Notes under the pieces: model-generated
The model's input: the letters and a program-made list of their open reading frames with translations, nothing else
The model's database searches: none
Told to the model about the DNA's origin: nothing
Assembly: GCA_035490435.1 (NCBI GenBank)
Contig: DATHEF010000044.1
Span: 67,571-131,570, forward strand
From: Thermoanaerobaculia bacterium
GTDB lineage: Bacteria > Acidobacteriota > Thermoanaerobaculia > Multivoradales > UBA5704
Direction of reading: 5' to 3'
DNA length: 64,000 nt
Made by a program: the position numbers and the translations under genes
Part shown: in pieces, positions 18,112-28,678 of the stretch
How the letters are laid out: every line of letters begins with the position of its first letter
Position numbering within the stretch: the first letter of the stretch is position 1

Positions 18112-18136
18112 TCCCCGCGTTCTAAGATCCACAGCC

Positions 18137-18784
18137 ATGGCCTTCGTCCTCCCAGACATCTCGCGCGCCAATTTCGCCAAGGAGATCCGCCAGCTCTCCC
18201 CGGAGCCGCTCGACGACCAGGCGATCGCCGCTCTGCTGGCCCACTACCGTGAGCTCGCGCTCTGGAACCGGCGGACGAACCTGATCGGGCCGGGCACCCG
18301 GGAGGAAATCCTGGCCCGCCACTATGGCGAGTCGCTCGCCGCGCTTCCCCTCCTGCCGGCGGGCGTCCGGCGCGGGCTCGATCTCGGCTCCGGCGCCGGT
18401 TTCCCCGGCCTCGTCCTTGCCGCCGCCCGCCCCGGCCTGGAGATGACCCTGGTCGAAGCGCGCGAGCGCAAGTGGGCCTTTCTCTCCGCCGCCGCCCGCA
18501 AAGCCGCTTTGCCCTGCCGGTGCCTCGATGCTAGAGTCCAGGTTCCGTTGCCCTCCGGCCTGCCGGAGAACATCGACGTGATCACCTCGCGGGCCCTGCG
18601 CCTCGATCCCGAGACCTGGAGAGCCCTCGCGAACCGCTTGGACGCGGACGGGCGCGTCCTTCTCTGGGCGGGTGAGCACGATCCCGAGCTGCCGGCGGAG
18701 CTCATCTCCTGCGGCAGCCTGCCGCTCGCGGGGAGCGAGAAACGGCGCATCCTGGCGCTGCGCCGCGCCTCTCCCGGGCCTTGA
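18137..18784 (+). CDS. rsmG: 16S rRNA (guanine527-N7)-methyltransferase RsmG (GidB)
   Basis: SAM motif LDLGSGAGFPGL; track start 18104 is a GTG inside parS2, ATG at 18137 preferred. Confidence 0.88.
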   Translation: MAFVLPDISRANFAKEIRQLSPEPLDDQAIAALLAHYRELALWNRRTNLIGPGTREEILARHYGESLAALPLLPAGVRRGLDLGSGAGFPGLVLAAARPGLEMTLVEARERKWAFLSAAARKAALPCRCLDARVQVPLPSGLPENIDVITSRALRLDPETWRALANRLDADGRVLLWAGEHDPELPAELISCGSLPLAGSEKRRILALRRASPGP

Positions 18785-18797
18785 GCCAGACCGAACC

Positions 18798-19550
18798 ATG
18801 ATTCTCGCCATCGCGAACCAGAAAGGTGGGGTCGGCAAGACCACCACCGCCATCAACCTCGGCGCCGGCCTCGGCGCCCTCGAACGGCGCGTCCTGCTCG
18901 TCGACAGCGATCCGCAGGGGAACGCCACGCGCGGCCTCGGCATCAAGGCGGCCGCGCCGCACCTCTACCACGTGCTGTCCGGCGAGGTGCCGATCTCGGC
19001 GGCGATCCGCCCCTCCGGGTTCCCCAATCTCGATCTCGTCCCGGCGCAACGCGACCTCGTCGGCATCGAGGTGGAGCTCGTCGGCGAGAGCGGCTGGGAG
19101 CGGCGCCTCAAGGGCGTTCTCGCCGAGGTCGCGGACCGCTATGACACGATCCTTCTCGACTGCCCGCCGTCGCTCGGCCACCTGACGGTAAACGCGCTCA
19201 CCGCCGCCGACGGCATCCTGGTGCCGCTCCAGTGCGAATACTTCGCCCTGGAAGGGATCAGCGAGCTTCTGGCCACCGTCGAGCGCATCCAGGGGAGCCT
19301 CAATCCGGCTCTCCAGATCGCCGGCATCCTGCTGACGATGTACGACGACCGCACCAACCTGTCGAAGGACGTCGCGGAGGAGATCCGCTCCCACTTCGCC
19401 GGCAAGGTCTTCGAGACGGTCGTCCCCCGCAACATCCGGCTCGCCGAGGCCCCGAGCCATGGCCTGCCGATCTTCCAGTACGACATCAAGTCGCGCGGCG
19501 CCGTCGCCTATCTGGCGCTCGCGCGCGAGTTCCTGCGGAGGGCGGCATGA
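18798..19550 (+). CDS. parA: Chromosome partitioning ATPase ParA/Soj
   Basis: Deviant Walker A KGGVGKTT, MILAIANQKGG... Confidence 0.93.
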   Translation: MILAIANQKGGVGKTTTAINLGAGLGALERRVLLVDSDPQGNATRGLGIKAAAPHLYHVLSGEVPISAAIRPSGFPNLDLVPAQRDLVGIEVELVGESGWERRLKGVLAEVADRYDTILLDCPPSLGHLTVNALTAADGILVPLQCEYFALEGISELLATVERIQGSLNPALQIAGILLTMYDDRTNLSKDVAEEIRSHFAGKVFETVVPRNIRLAEAPSHGLPIFQYDIKSRGAVAYLALAREFLRRAA

Positions 19551-20473
19551 TGGCCGGCAGTATTGAGAGCAAAACCGAGAGCAAAACCGAGAGCAAAACA
19601 GCTACCAAGAAGCGCGGGCTCGGACGCGGCCTCGACGCGCTGATCGAGAAGGCCGAGCCGAAGCCGGACGAGCCGGTGCGCACGCTCCCCATCGATCGCC
19701 TGCACCCCAACCGGTTCCAGCCGCGCACCCGCTTCGACGACGCGGCGATCGAGGATCTCGCGGCGTCGATCCGCACCCAGGGGGTGATTCAGCCGCTGGT
19801 GGTGACAGCCGAGGGGGACGGCTACGCCATCATCGCCGGCGAGCGCCGCTGGCGGGCAGCCCGGAAGGCGGGGCTCGAAGCCGTTCCGGTGGTCGTCCGT
19901 CAGGTCGCCGACGACCGCGAACTGCTGGAGCTCGCCCTGGTGGAGAACCTGCAGCGTAGCGACCTCAACCCGATCGAGGAGGCCGAGGCCTACGCCGCCC
20001 TGCAGGAGAAGTTCGGCCTCTCGCAGGAGGAGGTGGCCGCCCGCGTCGGCAAGGCGCGCACCACGGTCACCAACTCGCTGCGCCTGCTGCGCCTGCCGGA
20101 CGATGTGCTCGATCTGCTGCGCGAGGGCAGGCTGACCGCCGGCCAGGCGCGCCCACTGCTCGGCCTGCAGGATCAGGAGGAGCAGATCCGGCTCGCCGAC
20201 AGCGCGGTTCGCGACGGGCTCTCCGCCCGCGATCTCGAGCGGCTGGCCGCCGCCCCCCGGGAGGAGCGTTCCAAACCCAAGAAGCCGGACCGTCCGGTCG
20301 AGGTCCATACCGCCGCCGCCGAGGAGCGGCTCACCCGCCGCCTGCAGACCCGGGTCGAGATCATGCGACAGGGCAAGGGTGGCGAGCGTGGGCAGCTCCG
20401 CATCCACTTCCACTCGGAGGAGGAACTGATGCGGCTTTTCGACGTACTGATCGAGCGGGGAGAGAACCGATGA
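19547..20473 (+). CDS. parB: Chromosome partitioning protein ParB/Spo0J
   Basis: ParB box GERRWRAA, HTH; ATG overlaps parA stop (ATGA); N-terminal (ESKT)x3 repeat. Confidence 0.93.
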   Translation: MMAGSIESKTESKTESKTATKKRGLGRGLDALIEKAEPKPDEPVRTLPIDRLHPNRFQPRTRFDDAAIEDLAASIRTQGVIQPLVVTAEGDGYAIIAGERRWRAARKAGLEAVPVVVRQVADDRELLELALVENLQRSDLNPIEEAEAYAALQEKFGLSQEEVAARVGKARTTVTNSLRLLRLPDDVLDLLREGRLTAGQARPLLGLQDQEEQIRLADSAVRDGLSARDLERLAAAPREERSKPKKPDRPVEVHTAAAEERLTRRLQTRVEIMRQGKGGERGQLRIHFHSEEELMRLFDVLIERGENR

Positions 20474-20859
20474 TCTTCAAGTCGGACGGTAAGCAGAGCG
20501 ATCTCAATGGCTTTCTCGACGGCGGCAGTCATCTCCAGGGGGAGCTTCGCTTCGACGCCTCCTTCCGCGTCGACGGCAAGCTCACCGGCACGGTGGAGTC
20601 GGAAGGGGACTTGATCGTCGGGGAAGCCGGGGAGGTGGACGGCGAGGTCCGGGCGGGACAGGTTTTCATCTCCGGCACGGTAAGGGGGATCATTCGTGCC
20701 CTTCGCAAGGTACAAATTGCTCCCAGCGGCAAGGTATTCGCCGAGATCGACACGCCCTCGCTGATCATCGAGGACGGCGCCACCTTCGAAGGGCGCTGCT
20801 CGATGAGCCGTGAGGCCCGGCCGGCGAACGCCGGGCCCAAGCTGGTGGCCAAGGCTTGA
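20470..20859 (+). CDS. Bactofilin (DUF583/CcmA family polymer-forming protein)
   Basis: Beta-helical bactofilin repeats (GTVESEGDLIVGEAGEVDGEVRAGQVFISGTVRG); start overlaps parB stop (ATGA). Confidence 0.8.
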   Translation: MIFKSDGKQSDLNGFLDGGSHLQGELRFDASFRVDGKLTGTVESEGDLIVGEAGEVDGEVRAGQVFISGTVRGIIRALRKVQIAPSGKVFAEIDTPSLIIEDGATFEGRCSMSREARPANAGPKLVAKA

Positions 20860-20935
20860 GAACGACACGGACACAGGGACAGACACGGACGAAGAGGACA
20901 GACACGCCTGGAGGCTTCGTGTTCGTCCTTTGTTC

Positions 20936-22518
20936 TCAGTTCCTTAGCGCCCGCGCCAGCCCCTCATACGAAGGAAAAACCGCCACCGGATTCCGCGCCA
21001 GGAAGCTCTTGTCGAACGCCGACGTGAGCACCTGGCCGTCGAGCTCGCGCGAGACGGGGAATCCCAGGCCGTAGAGCAGCGTGGGCGCCACGTCGACCAG
21101 CCGGGCGCCGGTGAGCAGGGCGCCGGGGCGGATCCCCTCGCCGTAGAGGAGCAGGACGCCGTCCGGCCCCCCCTGGAACTCGCCGCCGAGCGCCGATCCC
21201 GGCGCCATCTGCCGCCTCAGCCACCCCGGGGGATTGACCCCATAGGGGGAGACCACCGCCAGCAACCGCGGGCCGTCGCCGCCTTCCCAGGCCGCTGCGA
21301 GAAAGCCGTCGAGCCGCCTGTAGTAATCGGCTACCCGATCGGCCGCGGCGCGGGCCGCCTCCGCTTCCTGCCTGCCCTCGAACTGCACGGCGTTGAAGCC
21401 GCCGAACCAGCGCCGCGACACCTCGCGCAGCCCCGGCAGCAGCAGGAAGACCGCCTCGACCCGCGGGTTTTCGGCGGCGAGCCTCAGGGCCGCCGTTTGC
21501 CGCCCGAGGTCCGGGTCGGGAGCCCCCGAAAAGACATCTTCTCCGAGTGCGAAAGTGGCTTCGCCGGCCTTCGGACCGGCCGCCGGCCAGCCGACCACGC
21601 CGGCGGGAACGCCCAGCCGCGGCAGGATCTCCCAGAGCGCCAGCGCCTCGCGCCGCGGCGTGCCCGCCGGCAGCGGCCTGGCGCCCAGCACGCCCCAGCG
21701 CTGAAAGGAGATCCCGGTGGGGAGGAGGCGCAGCTCGGCGCCGGGAGCGAGGAAGGGCGCCGGGTAGGAGCGCCGGCCGGTGATGCCGTGCTTGAACGGG
21801 TATTTGCCGGTGGCGAGCGTGGTCCACAGCGCGTCGCGCCGCGTCGGCACGATCGAGCTCAGCCGGCCGTAGGCGCCGTTCTGGAGCACCGTGGCGAGAA
21901 ACGGCAGGCGCCCCTGGCCGGCCAGGGGGAGGATGGCGTCGAGCGTCGCCGAATCGATGCCGATCACCCACAGCTTCGGGCGCTGGCCGGCCTCCACCAC
22001 AGCGGGGCGGGGGGTGGGCGCGGGACGCGGGTGAAACGCCTCCCGGCGCTCGACCATGGCGTAGATCGAGAGCGCCGCGACCAGCGTCAGCCCCCAGCGG
22101 CTGCGCCGGCCGTAGCGCCGGCGGCTGAGCGAGTGCAGCAGCGCGGTGTAGAAGGCGATCAAGGTGCCGAGGGTGAGCCAGAGGGCCGTCTTGATCAGGC
22201 GGTCATTGATGCCGGGGGGGAGGAAGTAGGCGAAATAGGAGGCGTGGGCCCAGTCGAGCAGGGCGGAGACCGCGAGCGCGGCTGTGAAGGTCCAGGCGAG
22301 CGCGCGCCGGGCCCGCCGCGGCCGCCTCCAGGTGAACGGCAGGTGCAGCGCCAGGCTGATCGCGCCGATCAGGGTGCCGTAGATCAGGCTCCCGCGCAGC
22401 ACCGGGCCGAAGGCGAACGGCAGGTGCGGATTGAGATAGAAGATCAGCCCGGCGAGCTGGATCCCGGCGAGCGCCCCGGGGGCGAAGCCACCCCCGAGGA
22501 TCGCCAGCCAGCCGCGCA
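20936..22518 (-). CDS. Membrane-anchored alkaline phosphatase-superfamily protein (ectonucleotide pyrophosphatase/phosphodiesterase-like)
   Basis: N-terminal TMs, then AlkP-core motifs (WVIGIDSATLD ... DVAPTLLYGLGFPV); ATG at 22518 overlaps upstream stop (TGATG). Confidence 0.7.
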
Positions 22519-22890
22519 TCAGACGATGAAGATCGGCCGGTCGAGCTTCTGGTGGAAGTGCCACTGATACGTATAGCCGGGGAACTGCACCGGAACGGTG
22601 TAGTCGAGCTCCATGAAGATGCGATCCCCGTCCCGCACGATTTTGACGTCCTTCTTCTCGAGCGGAATGTCGAGTTGCCGGGCGCGGCTGACGATCTGCT
22701 TCGCGAGCTCGTCAGGCGGCGTGCGGGCGGCCGAGAACTTGGCCAGCTCGTCCATGTAGTCGTAGAGCTGGGTGCTCTGGATCTTGACCGGCACCGCTTT
22801 CCAGGCGATCAGGGTCGCGAGGCCCAGCGCGAGCAACCAGAGGATACACCCGAGATTCCCCTCGCCCCGTTCGGAACTCCGTCGTGGCAT
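22519..22890 (-). CDS. Small N-terminally membrane-anchored hypothetical protein
   Basis: 123 aa, one TM (ILWLLALGLATLIAW); same-strand run with lepB paralogs. Confidence 0.55.
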   Translation of the reverse strand: MPRRSSERGEGNLGCILWLLALGLATLIAWKAVPVKIQSTQLYDYMDELAKFSAARTPPDELAKQIVSRARQLDIPLEKKDVKIVRDGDRIFMELDYTVPVQFPGYTYQWHFHQKLDRPIFIV

Positions 22891-22924
22891 TGGCTCCCTC
22901 CGTAAGGATTCGTTGGAGGGTAGT

Positions 22925-23656
22925 TTATCGCACGATGCGAAAGGTTCTATCCCATCGCGTCAACGAGAAGAAATTCAGGGCCACGCTGCCGATCTGCCGC
23001 AGCTTGCCGCCGTAGCCCGGCCACTCCGCCCCCTCGCTCGTCTCGTCGTCGCTGGCGAAGGACCAGTAGACCATGAACGCCCGCCCCTTGACGTAGCGTT
23101 CGGGCACCGTCCCCCAGTAGCGCGAGTCGTTGGAGTTGTCGCGGTTGTCGCCCATGCAGAAGTAGGTGCCGGGCGCGACGCTCTTGGGGCCGAAGTTGTC
23201 GCGCACCCGCTTGGCGTGGAAGAAGAGGTCGCGCGGATAGCTCTCGGAGTCGGCGTAGTAGGTGAACGAGGAGTCGTCGACGTGCTTGCCGTTGATGTAG
23301 AGGTCCTTGTCGATCATCTTCATCGTATCCCCGGGCAGGCCCATGCAGCGCTTGATGAAGTCGCGGTTGGGGTCCTCGGGGTACTTGAAGACCACGATGT
23401 CCCCCCGCCGCACCTTGCGGATCGGCAGCAGCTTCTCCTCCAGCGGGGAGATCGTCGGCCCATAGACGAACTTGTTGACCAGGATGTGATCGCCGATCAG
23501 CAGGTTCTTCTCCATCGACCCGGACGGGATCTTGAACGCCTGCAGCACCCAGGTGCGGGCGAAGGTCGCGAAGATCACCGCGATGAGCAGGGCCTCCAGG
23601 TACTCCCGGAGCAGGGATTTCTCTGCGTACATACCTGCGTGCGTACCTACCCGCAT
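22925..23656 (-). CDS. lepB: Signal peptidase I (paralog 1)
   Basis: S26 motifs IPSGSMEKNLLIGDHILVNKF, catalytic K region, GDNRDNSNDSRYWG. Confidence 0.9.
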   Translation of the reverse strand: MRVGTHAGMYAEKSLLREYLEALLIAVIFATFARTWVLQAFKIPSGSMEKNLLIGDHILVNKFVYGPTISPLEEKLLPIRKVRRGDIVVFKYPEDPNRDFIKRCMGLPGDTMKMIDKDLYINGKHVDDSSFTYYADSESYPRDLFFHAKRVRDNFGPKSVAPGTYFCMGDNRDNSNDSRYWGTVPERYVKGRAFMVYWSFASDDETSEGAEWPGYGGKLRQIGSVALNFFSLTRWDRTFRIVR

Positions 23657-23666
23657 ACCGCGACGG

Positions 23667-24386
23667 CTAGCGGATCAGGCGGAACGATCTCTCCCAGCGG
23701 GTTTTCGAGAAGAATCCGAGCGCGGTCTCCCCCAGGTCCTTGACCTTCGAGCCCACCCCTTCCCACTGGCCGGTCGAGGTCTTCCCGCCGTAGGACCAGT
23801 AGATGAAGAGCGCCCGCCCCTTGACGAGGTGGGCGGGCAGCGGCCCCCAGAACCGCGAGTCGTAGGAGTTGTCGCGGTTGTCGCCCATGCAGAAGTAGTG
23901 GCCGGCCGGCACCTGGAAGGGGCCGAAGTTGTCCCGCAGCCGCATGCGCGGATCGGCGAAGTAGCCCACCGGCTCGGGGTTCTTGTGCAGGGCGTAGCTC
24001 GCGTCCTTGACCGCCTTGCCGTTGATGTGGAGCTGCTGATCGATCACCTGGACCGTGTCGCCGCCCACCGCCACGCAGCGCTTGACGAGGTCGAGATCCG
24101 GGCTCTCGGGCGAACGGAAGACCACGATGTCGCCGCGGTGCACCGGGCGGAACGGCAGCAGCCCCTTCTCCGCGCCGGTCGGCGTCGGGCCGTAGATGAA
24201 CCGGTTGACGAACAGGTGGTCGCCGATGAGGAGGGTGTCCTCCATCGAGCCGCTCGGGATGTAGAAGGTCTGCACGACGAAGGTGTTCGTGAACAGCAGA
24301 AACACCGCGGCGATGATCAACGCCTCGGCATATTCCCGCCAGACCGACCGTTCGTCCGTCCTCTTCTCCACCCGTTCTTCCGCCAT
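23667..24386 (-). CDS. lepB: Signal peptidase I (paralog 2)
   Basis: IPSGSMEDTLLIGDHLFVNRF..., GDNRDNSYDSRFWG; tandem duplicate of the downstream gene. Confidence 0.9.
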   Translation of the reverse strand: MAEERVEKRTDERSVWREYAEALIIAAVFLLFTNTFVVQTFYIPSGSMEDTLLIGDHLFVNRFIYGPTPTGAEKGLLPFRPVHRGDIVVFRSPESPDLDLVKRCVAVGGDTVQVIDQQLHINGKAVKDASYALHKNPEPVGYFADPRMRLRDNFGPFQVPAGHYFCMGDNRDNSYDSRFWGPLPAHLVKGRALFIYWSYGGKTSTGQWEGVGSKVKDLGETALGFFSKTRWERSFRLIR

Positions 24387-24746
24387 GGCGCGGCTACTGT
24401 ACCCGAAAGGCCGGCGCGCCGCAAAAGATCACGCGCGGCGCCAGATCCTTTGACATGTCGGCAAACGCCCGGCCCGCCTCGATTCGCGCCTCCCCAGCCC
24501 CGCTTCCCCGCCAGATCCTTTGACACCGGCCCCTTGAGCCGGAGTTCCGCATTTCCAAGCAAATCTTTTATTTCCAGCTAGTTAGATCCAGAACTGCCGC
24601 TTGGCAGGGCGCTTGATCTAGAGGGCTGGCGTCAACCCGAGAGGAGGTGGCGCCCAGAGAAGCGGAGCTGAAAAAGCAAACGGAAAGGGACCTCGACGAA
24701 CCGTCGCAAAACCAACGCATCACGGACAACCAAAAGGAGCATTCCC

Positions 24747-25172
24747 ATGAAGCATGCCCATCGCACCCATCGCACCCATCACGTCGTTGCCGGTCTGCTG
24801 GCCCTTGCCTTCCTCCTCAACACCCTGCCTGTTCAGGGCGCGGACGGCAAGAAGGTCAACATCAACAACGCCGACGCCTCGCAGCTCGCCCTGCTGCCGC
24901 GGGTCGGCCCGAGCGTCGCCGGCCGCATCGTCGACTACCGCAAGCAGAACGGCGGGTTCAAGAAGGCCGAAGACCTGATGTTGGTGCAGGGGATCGGCGA
25001 AAAGACCTTCGAGCTCATCAAGCCCTACGTCGCGACCGCCGGCGAGACGACGTTGCGGGAGAAAGTCAAAGGCAGCCGCTCCGCCTCCTCTCCTTCCTCT
25101 CCCAAGTCCGGCGGCGGTAAGCCCGACTCCAAGCCTGCCGCCAAGCCGGACAAGCCGGAGTCGTCCCGCTGA
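24747..25172 (+). CDS. comEA: ComEA-family helix-hairpin-helix DNA-binding protein
   Basis: Signal peptide; NINNADASQLALLPRVGPSVAGRIVDYR HhH pair; terminator-like GC hairpin after stop (25175..25215). Confidence 0.85.
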   Translation: MKHAHRTHRTHHVVAGLLALAFLLNTLPVQGADGKKVNINNADASQLALLPRVGPSVAGRIVDYRKQNGGFKKAEDLMLVQGIGEKTFELIKPYVATAGETTLREKVKGSRSASSPSSPKSGGGKPDSKPAAKPDKPESSR

Positions 25173-25235
25173 AGAGCGCCGGGCGGGCGGGGCCTGGAGC
25201 TCCGCCCCGCCCGGGCTTCTTGCCGAGGCCGTGCC

Positions 25236-25832
25236 ATGACCTCCCATGCGAAAGGCTTTCAACTGGCGGAGCTCACCGTCGCCCTGGCGGTGCTCGCCTT
25301 CCTCGTGACTCTTGGGGTGCCGCCGCTGCTGCGGTCCTCCGGCGACCTGCGGCTGCGGCTGGCCACGGGCGAGCTGATGGGCGTCCTGCAACTGGCCCGT
25401 TCCTGGGCCGTGCGGCACAGCGCCAACGTGGCGGTGAAGTTCCGCACCGCCCGGGACGGCGTGGTCACCTATACCCTCTATCGTGACGGCGACGGCGATG
25501 GCGTGCTCAACCGCGACATCGACGCCGGTGTGGACCCGCAGGTCGAGCCGCCGCGGCGGCTCTCCAACCTCGGGCGCGGCTTCGGCTTCGGTTTCCCGCC
25601 CGGACCGCCGGTGCCGGACCCCGGCTCGCCCGGGCACCGGGTGCCGACGAGCGATCCGATCCGCTTCAACCAGTCCGATCTCGCCTCGTTCAGTCCGCTG
25701 GGGACCTCGACTCCCGGCTCGCTCTACCTGAGCGACGGCCTGCGGCGGCTCGCCGTCGTGCGCGTCGCCAACAACGCCGGCAGGATGCGGGTCTACACCT
25801 ACGATCCCGAGCGGCGGGCCTGGCGTGATTGA
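25236..25832 (+). CDS. Prepilin-type N-terminal cleavage/methylation domain protein (GspH/FimT-like pseudopilin)
   Basis: N-terminus KGFQLAELTVALAVLAFL (G/F cleavage motif with Glu+5). Confidence 0.7.
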   Translation: MTSHAKGFQLAELTVALAVLAFLVTLGVPPLLRSSGDLRLRLATGELMGVLQLARSWAVRHSANVAVKFRTARDGVVTYTLYRDGDGDGVLNRDIDAGVDPQVEPPRRLSNLGRGFGFGFPPGPPVPDPGSPGHRVPTSDPIRFNQSDLASFSPLGTSTPGSLYLSDGLRRLAVVRVANNAGRMRVYTYDPERRAWRD

Positions 25833-25864
25833 CTCGCTCGGAACGAGTGCAGTACCTTCGTTTC

Positions 25865-26260
25865 ATGCGCGCGATTGTCGTCGTCACCACCGTCGGAACC
25901 GAAGAGCAGGCGTACCTCATCGCGCGCGAGATCGTCGCGCGGCGTCAGGCCGCGTGCGTCAACATCCTCCCCGGCGTCCGCTCGATCTACCGCTGGAAGG
26001 GGAAGATCTGCAAGGACGGGGAGCTGATGCTCCTGGTCAAGACTCTCGAGAGGGAGTTCGAGGGGGTCGCGGCCACCATCCGTGAGCTCCATAGCTATGA
26101 GCTCCCCGAGATCCTCTCCTTCAAGGTCGCGGAGGGCGAGCGCGGCTTCCTCGACTGGATCGCGGGGAGCGTCGACAAGGACGCCGACTTCGGGGACGAC
26201 GATGACGATGAGGAGGAAGAGGGGCTCGCTTATGCGGGCGTCGATTCCGACGACGACTGA
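25865..26260 (+). CDS. cutA: Divalent-cation tolerance protein CutA
   Basis: CutA1 fold sequence, acidic C-terminal tail; ATG 25865 preferred over track start. Confidence 0.8.
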   Translation: MRAIVVVTTVGTEEQAYLIAREIVARRQAACVNILPGVRSIYRWKGKICKDGELMLLVKTLEREFEGVAATIRELHSYELPEILSFKVAEGERGFLDWIAGSVDKDADFGDDDDDEEEEGLAYAGVDSDDD

Positions 26261-26276
26261 GCCCCTCCTCCCGGCC

Positions 26277-27437
26277 CTACACCTTCGCCAGCGCCTGATC
26301 CAGATCGGCCAGCAGGTCCTCGATGTTCTCGATCCCCACCGAGATCCGCACCATGCCGTCGGTCAGGCCGAGCTCGGCTCGCCGCTCGGCGGGGATCGAG
26401 GCGTGGGTCATCGAGGCGGGGTGGGAGATCAGGCTCTCGACGCCCCCCAGGCTCTCCGCGAAGCTCATCACCAGCATGGCGTCGAGCATCTTCTTGGCCG
26501 CCTCGAAGCTCCCCATCTCGATGGTGATCATCGAGCCGAACCCGGAGGCCTGGCGCTTCTGGATCTCGTGGCCGGGGTGGTCCGGCAGCCCGGGATAGAG
26601 CACCCGCTTCACCTTCGGGTGCTCGACGAGGTACTCGACGATCCGCCGCGCGTTCCGCTCGTGCCGGTCCATGCGGACGACGAGCGTCTTGATGCCGCGC
26701 ATCACCAGGAAGCAGTCGAACGGCGACAGGATCGCTCCTGACGACTTCTGGACCAGCGCGAACCAGTCGGTGTCTTCCCGCGTCGACGCGATCAGCGCGC
26801 CGCAGATCGAATCGCTGTGGCCGTTCAGGAACTTGGTCGCCGAGTGCACGACGAAGTCCGCCCCGAGGGCCAGCGGCCGCTGGAGATACGGCGTCAGGAA
26901 GGTATTGTCCACCGCCACGCGCGCGCCGTGGGCGTGGGCGAGCTCGGCGACGGCGGCGATGTCGGTGATGTCCATCACCGGGTTCGTCGGCGTCTCGATG
27001 TAGACCATCCTGGTCTCCGGCCGGATCGCCGCTTCGACCGCCGCGAGGTCCGTGGTGTCGACCCACGAGAAGGTGAGGCCGTAGCGATTCAGGATGCGGG
27101 TGAAATAGCGGAAGGTCCCGCCGTAGACGTTGCGCGAGACCACCACGTGGTCGCCCGCCTGGACGACGGTCATCAGGCAGGCGATGGCCGCCATGCCGGA
27201 CGCGAAGGCGTGGCCGGAGACCCCGCCCTCGAGGACCATGATCTGCTCCTCGAGCGCCTCGCGGGTAGGGTTCTGCACCCGGGCATATTCATAGTGGACC
27301 GCTTCGCCCAGATGCTCCTGCACGTAGGTGGATGTCTGATAGATCGGCACCGTCACCGCGCCCGTGCGGGGATCGGGTTTCTGGCCGGCGTGGACGGCGC
27401 GGGTAGAGAAGCCAAAGTTCCTCGGATCGGCTTTCAA
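26277..27437 (-). CDS. Cys/Met-metabolism PLP-dependent enzyme (cystathionine gamma-synthase/lyase, methionine gamma-lyase family)
   Basis: FSTRAVHAGQ... family signature; TTG start at 27437 with GAGGG RBS gives MKADPRNFGFSTRAVHAG (386 aa). Confidence 0.8.
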   Translation of the reverse strand: MKADPRNFGFSTRAVHAGQKPDPRTGAVTVPIYQTSTYVQEHLGEAVHYEYARVQNPTREALEEQIMVLEGGVSGHAFASGMAAIACLMTVVQAGDHVVVSRNVYGGTFRYFTRILNRYGLTFSWVDTTDLAAVEAAIRPETRMVYIETPTNPVMDITDIAAVAELAHAHGARVAVDNTFLTPYLQRPLALGADFVVHSATKFLNGHSDSICGALIASTREDTDWFALVQKSSGAILSPFDCFLVMRGIKTLVVRMDRHERNARRIVEYLVEHPKVKRVLYPGLPDHPGHEIQKRQASGFGSMITIEMGSFEAAKKMLDAMLVMSFAESLGGVESLISHPASMTHASIPAERRAELGLTDGMVRISVGIENIEDLLADLDQALAKV

Positions 27438-27564
27438 AGGCAAAACCCTCGATTCGCGAAATATTGCTGGGGAAGAATAAAACCGGCGCTTGAAAGATCT
27501 GCCGGGGACTGGGAGCATTCTATCAGGAGCCCGTCGGAGCAAGAGGGGCGAAAGGAGGGATAAG

Positions 27565-28638
<1,074 letters not shown>

Positions 28639-28678
28639 TCAATTTTTTGTTGGGATCGAAAATCTGAAAGGAAGGCTT

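Noticed and set aside
18104-18136. rsmG start at track position 18104
   Set aside because: It is a GTG embedded in the parS2 palindrome; conserved RsmG sequence begins near the ATG at 18137
19565-19600. 12-nt x3 tandem repeat as an independent repeat element
   Set aside because: Lies in-frame inside parB (ESKTESKTESKT linker); simple codon-level slippage, not a separate feature
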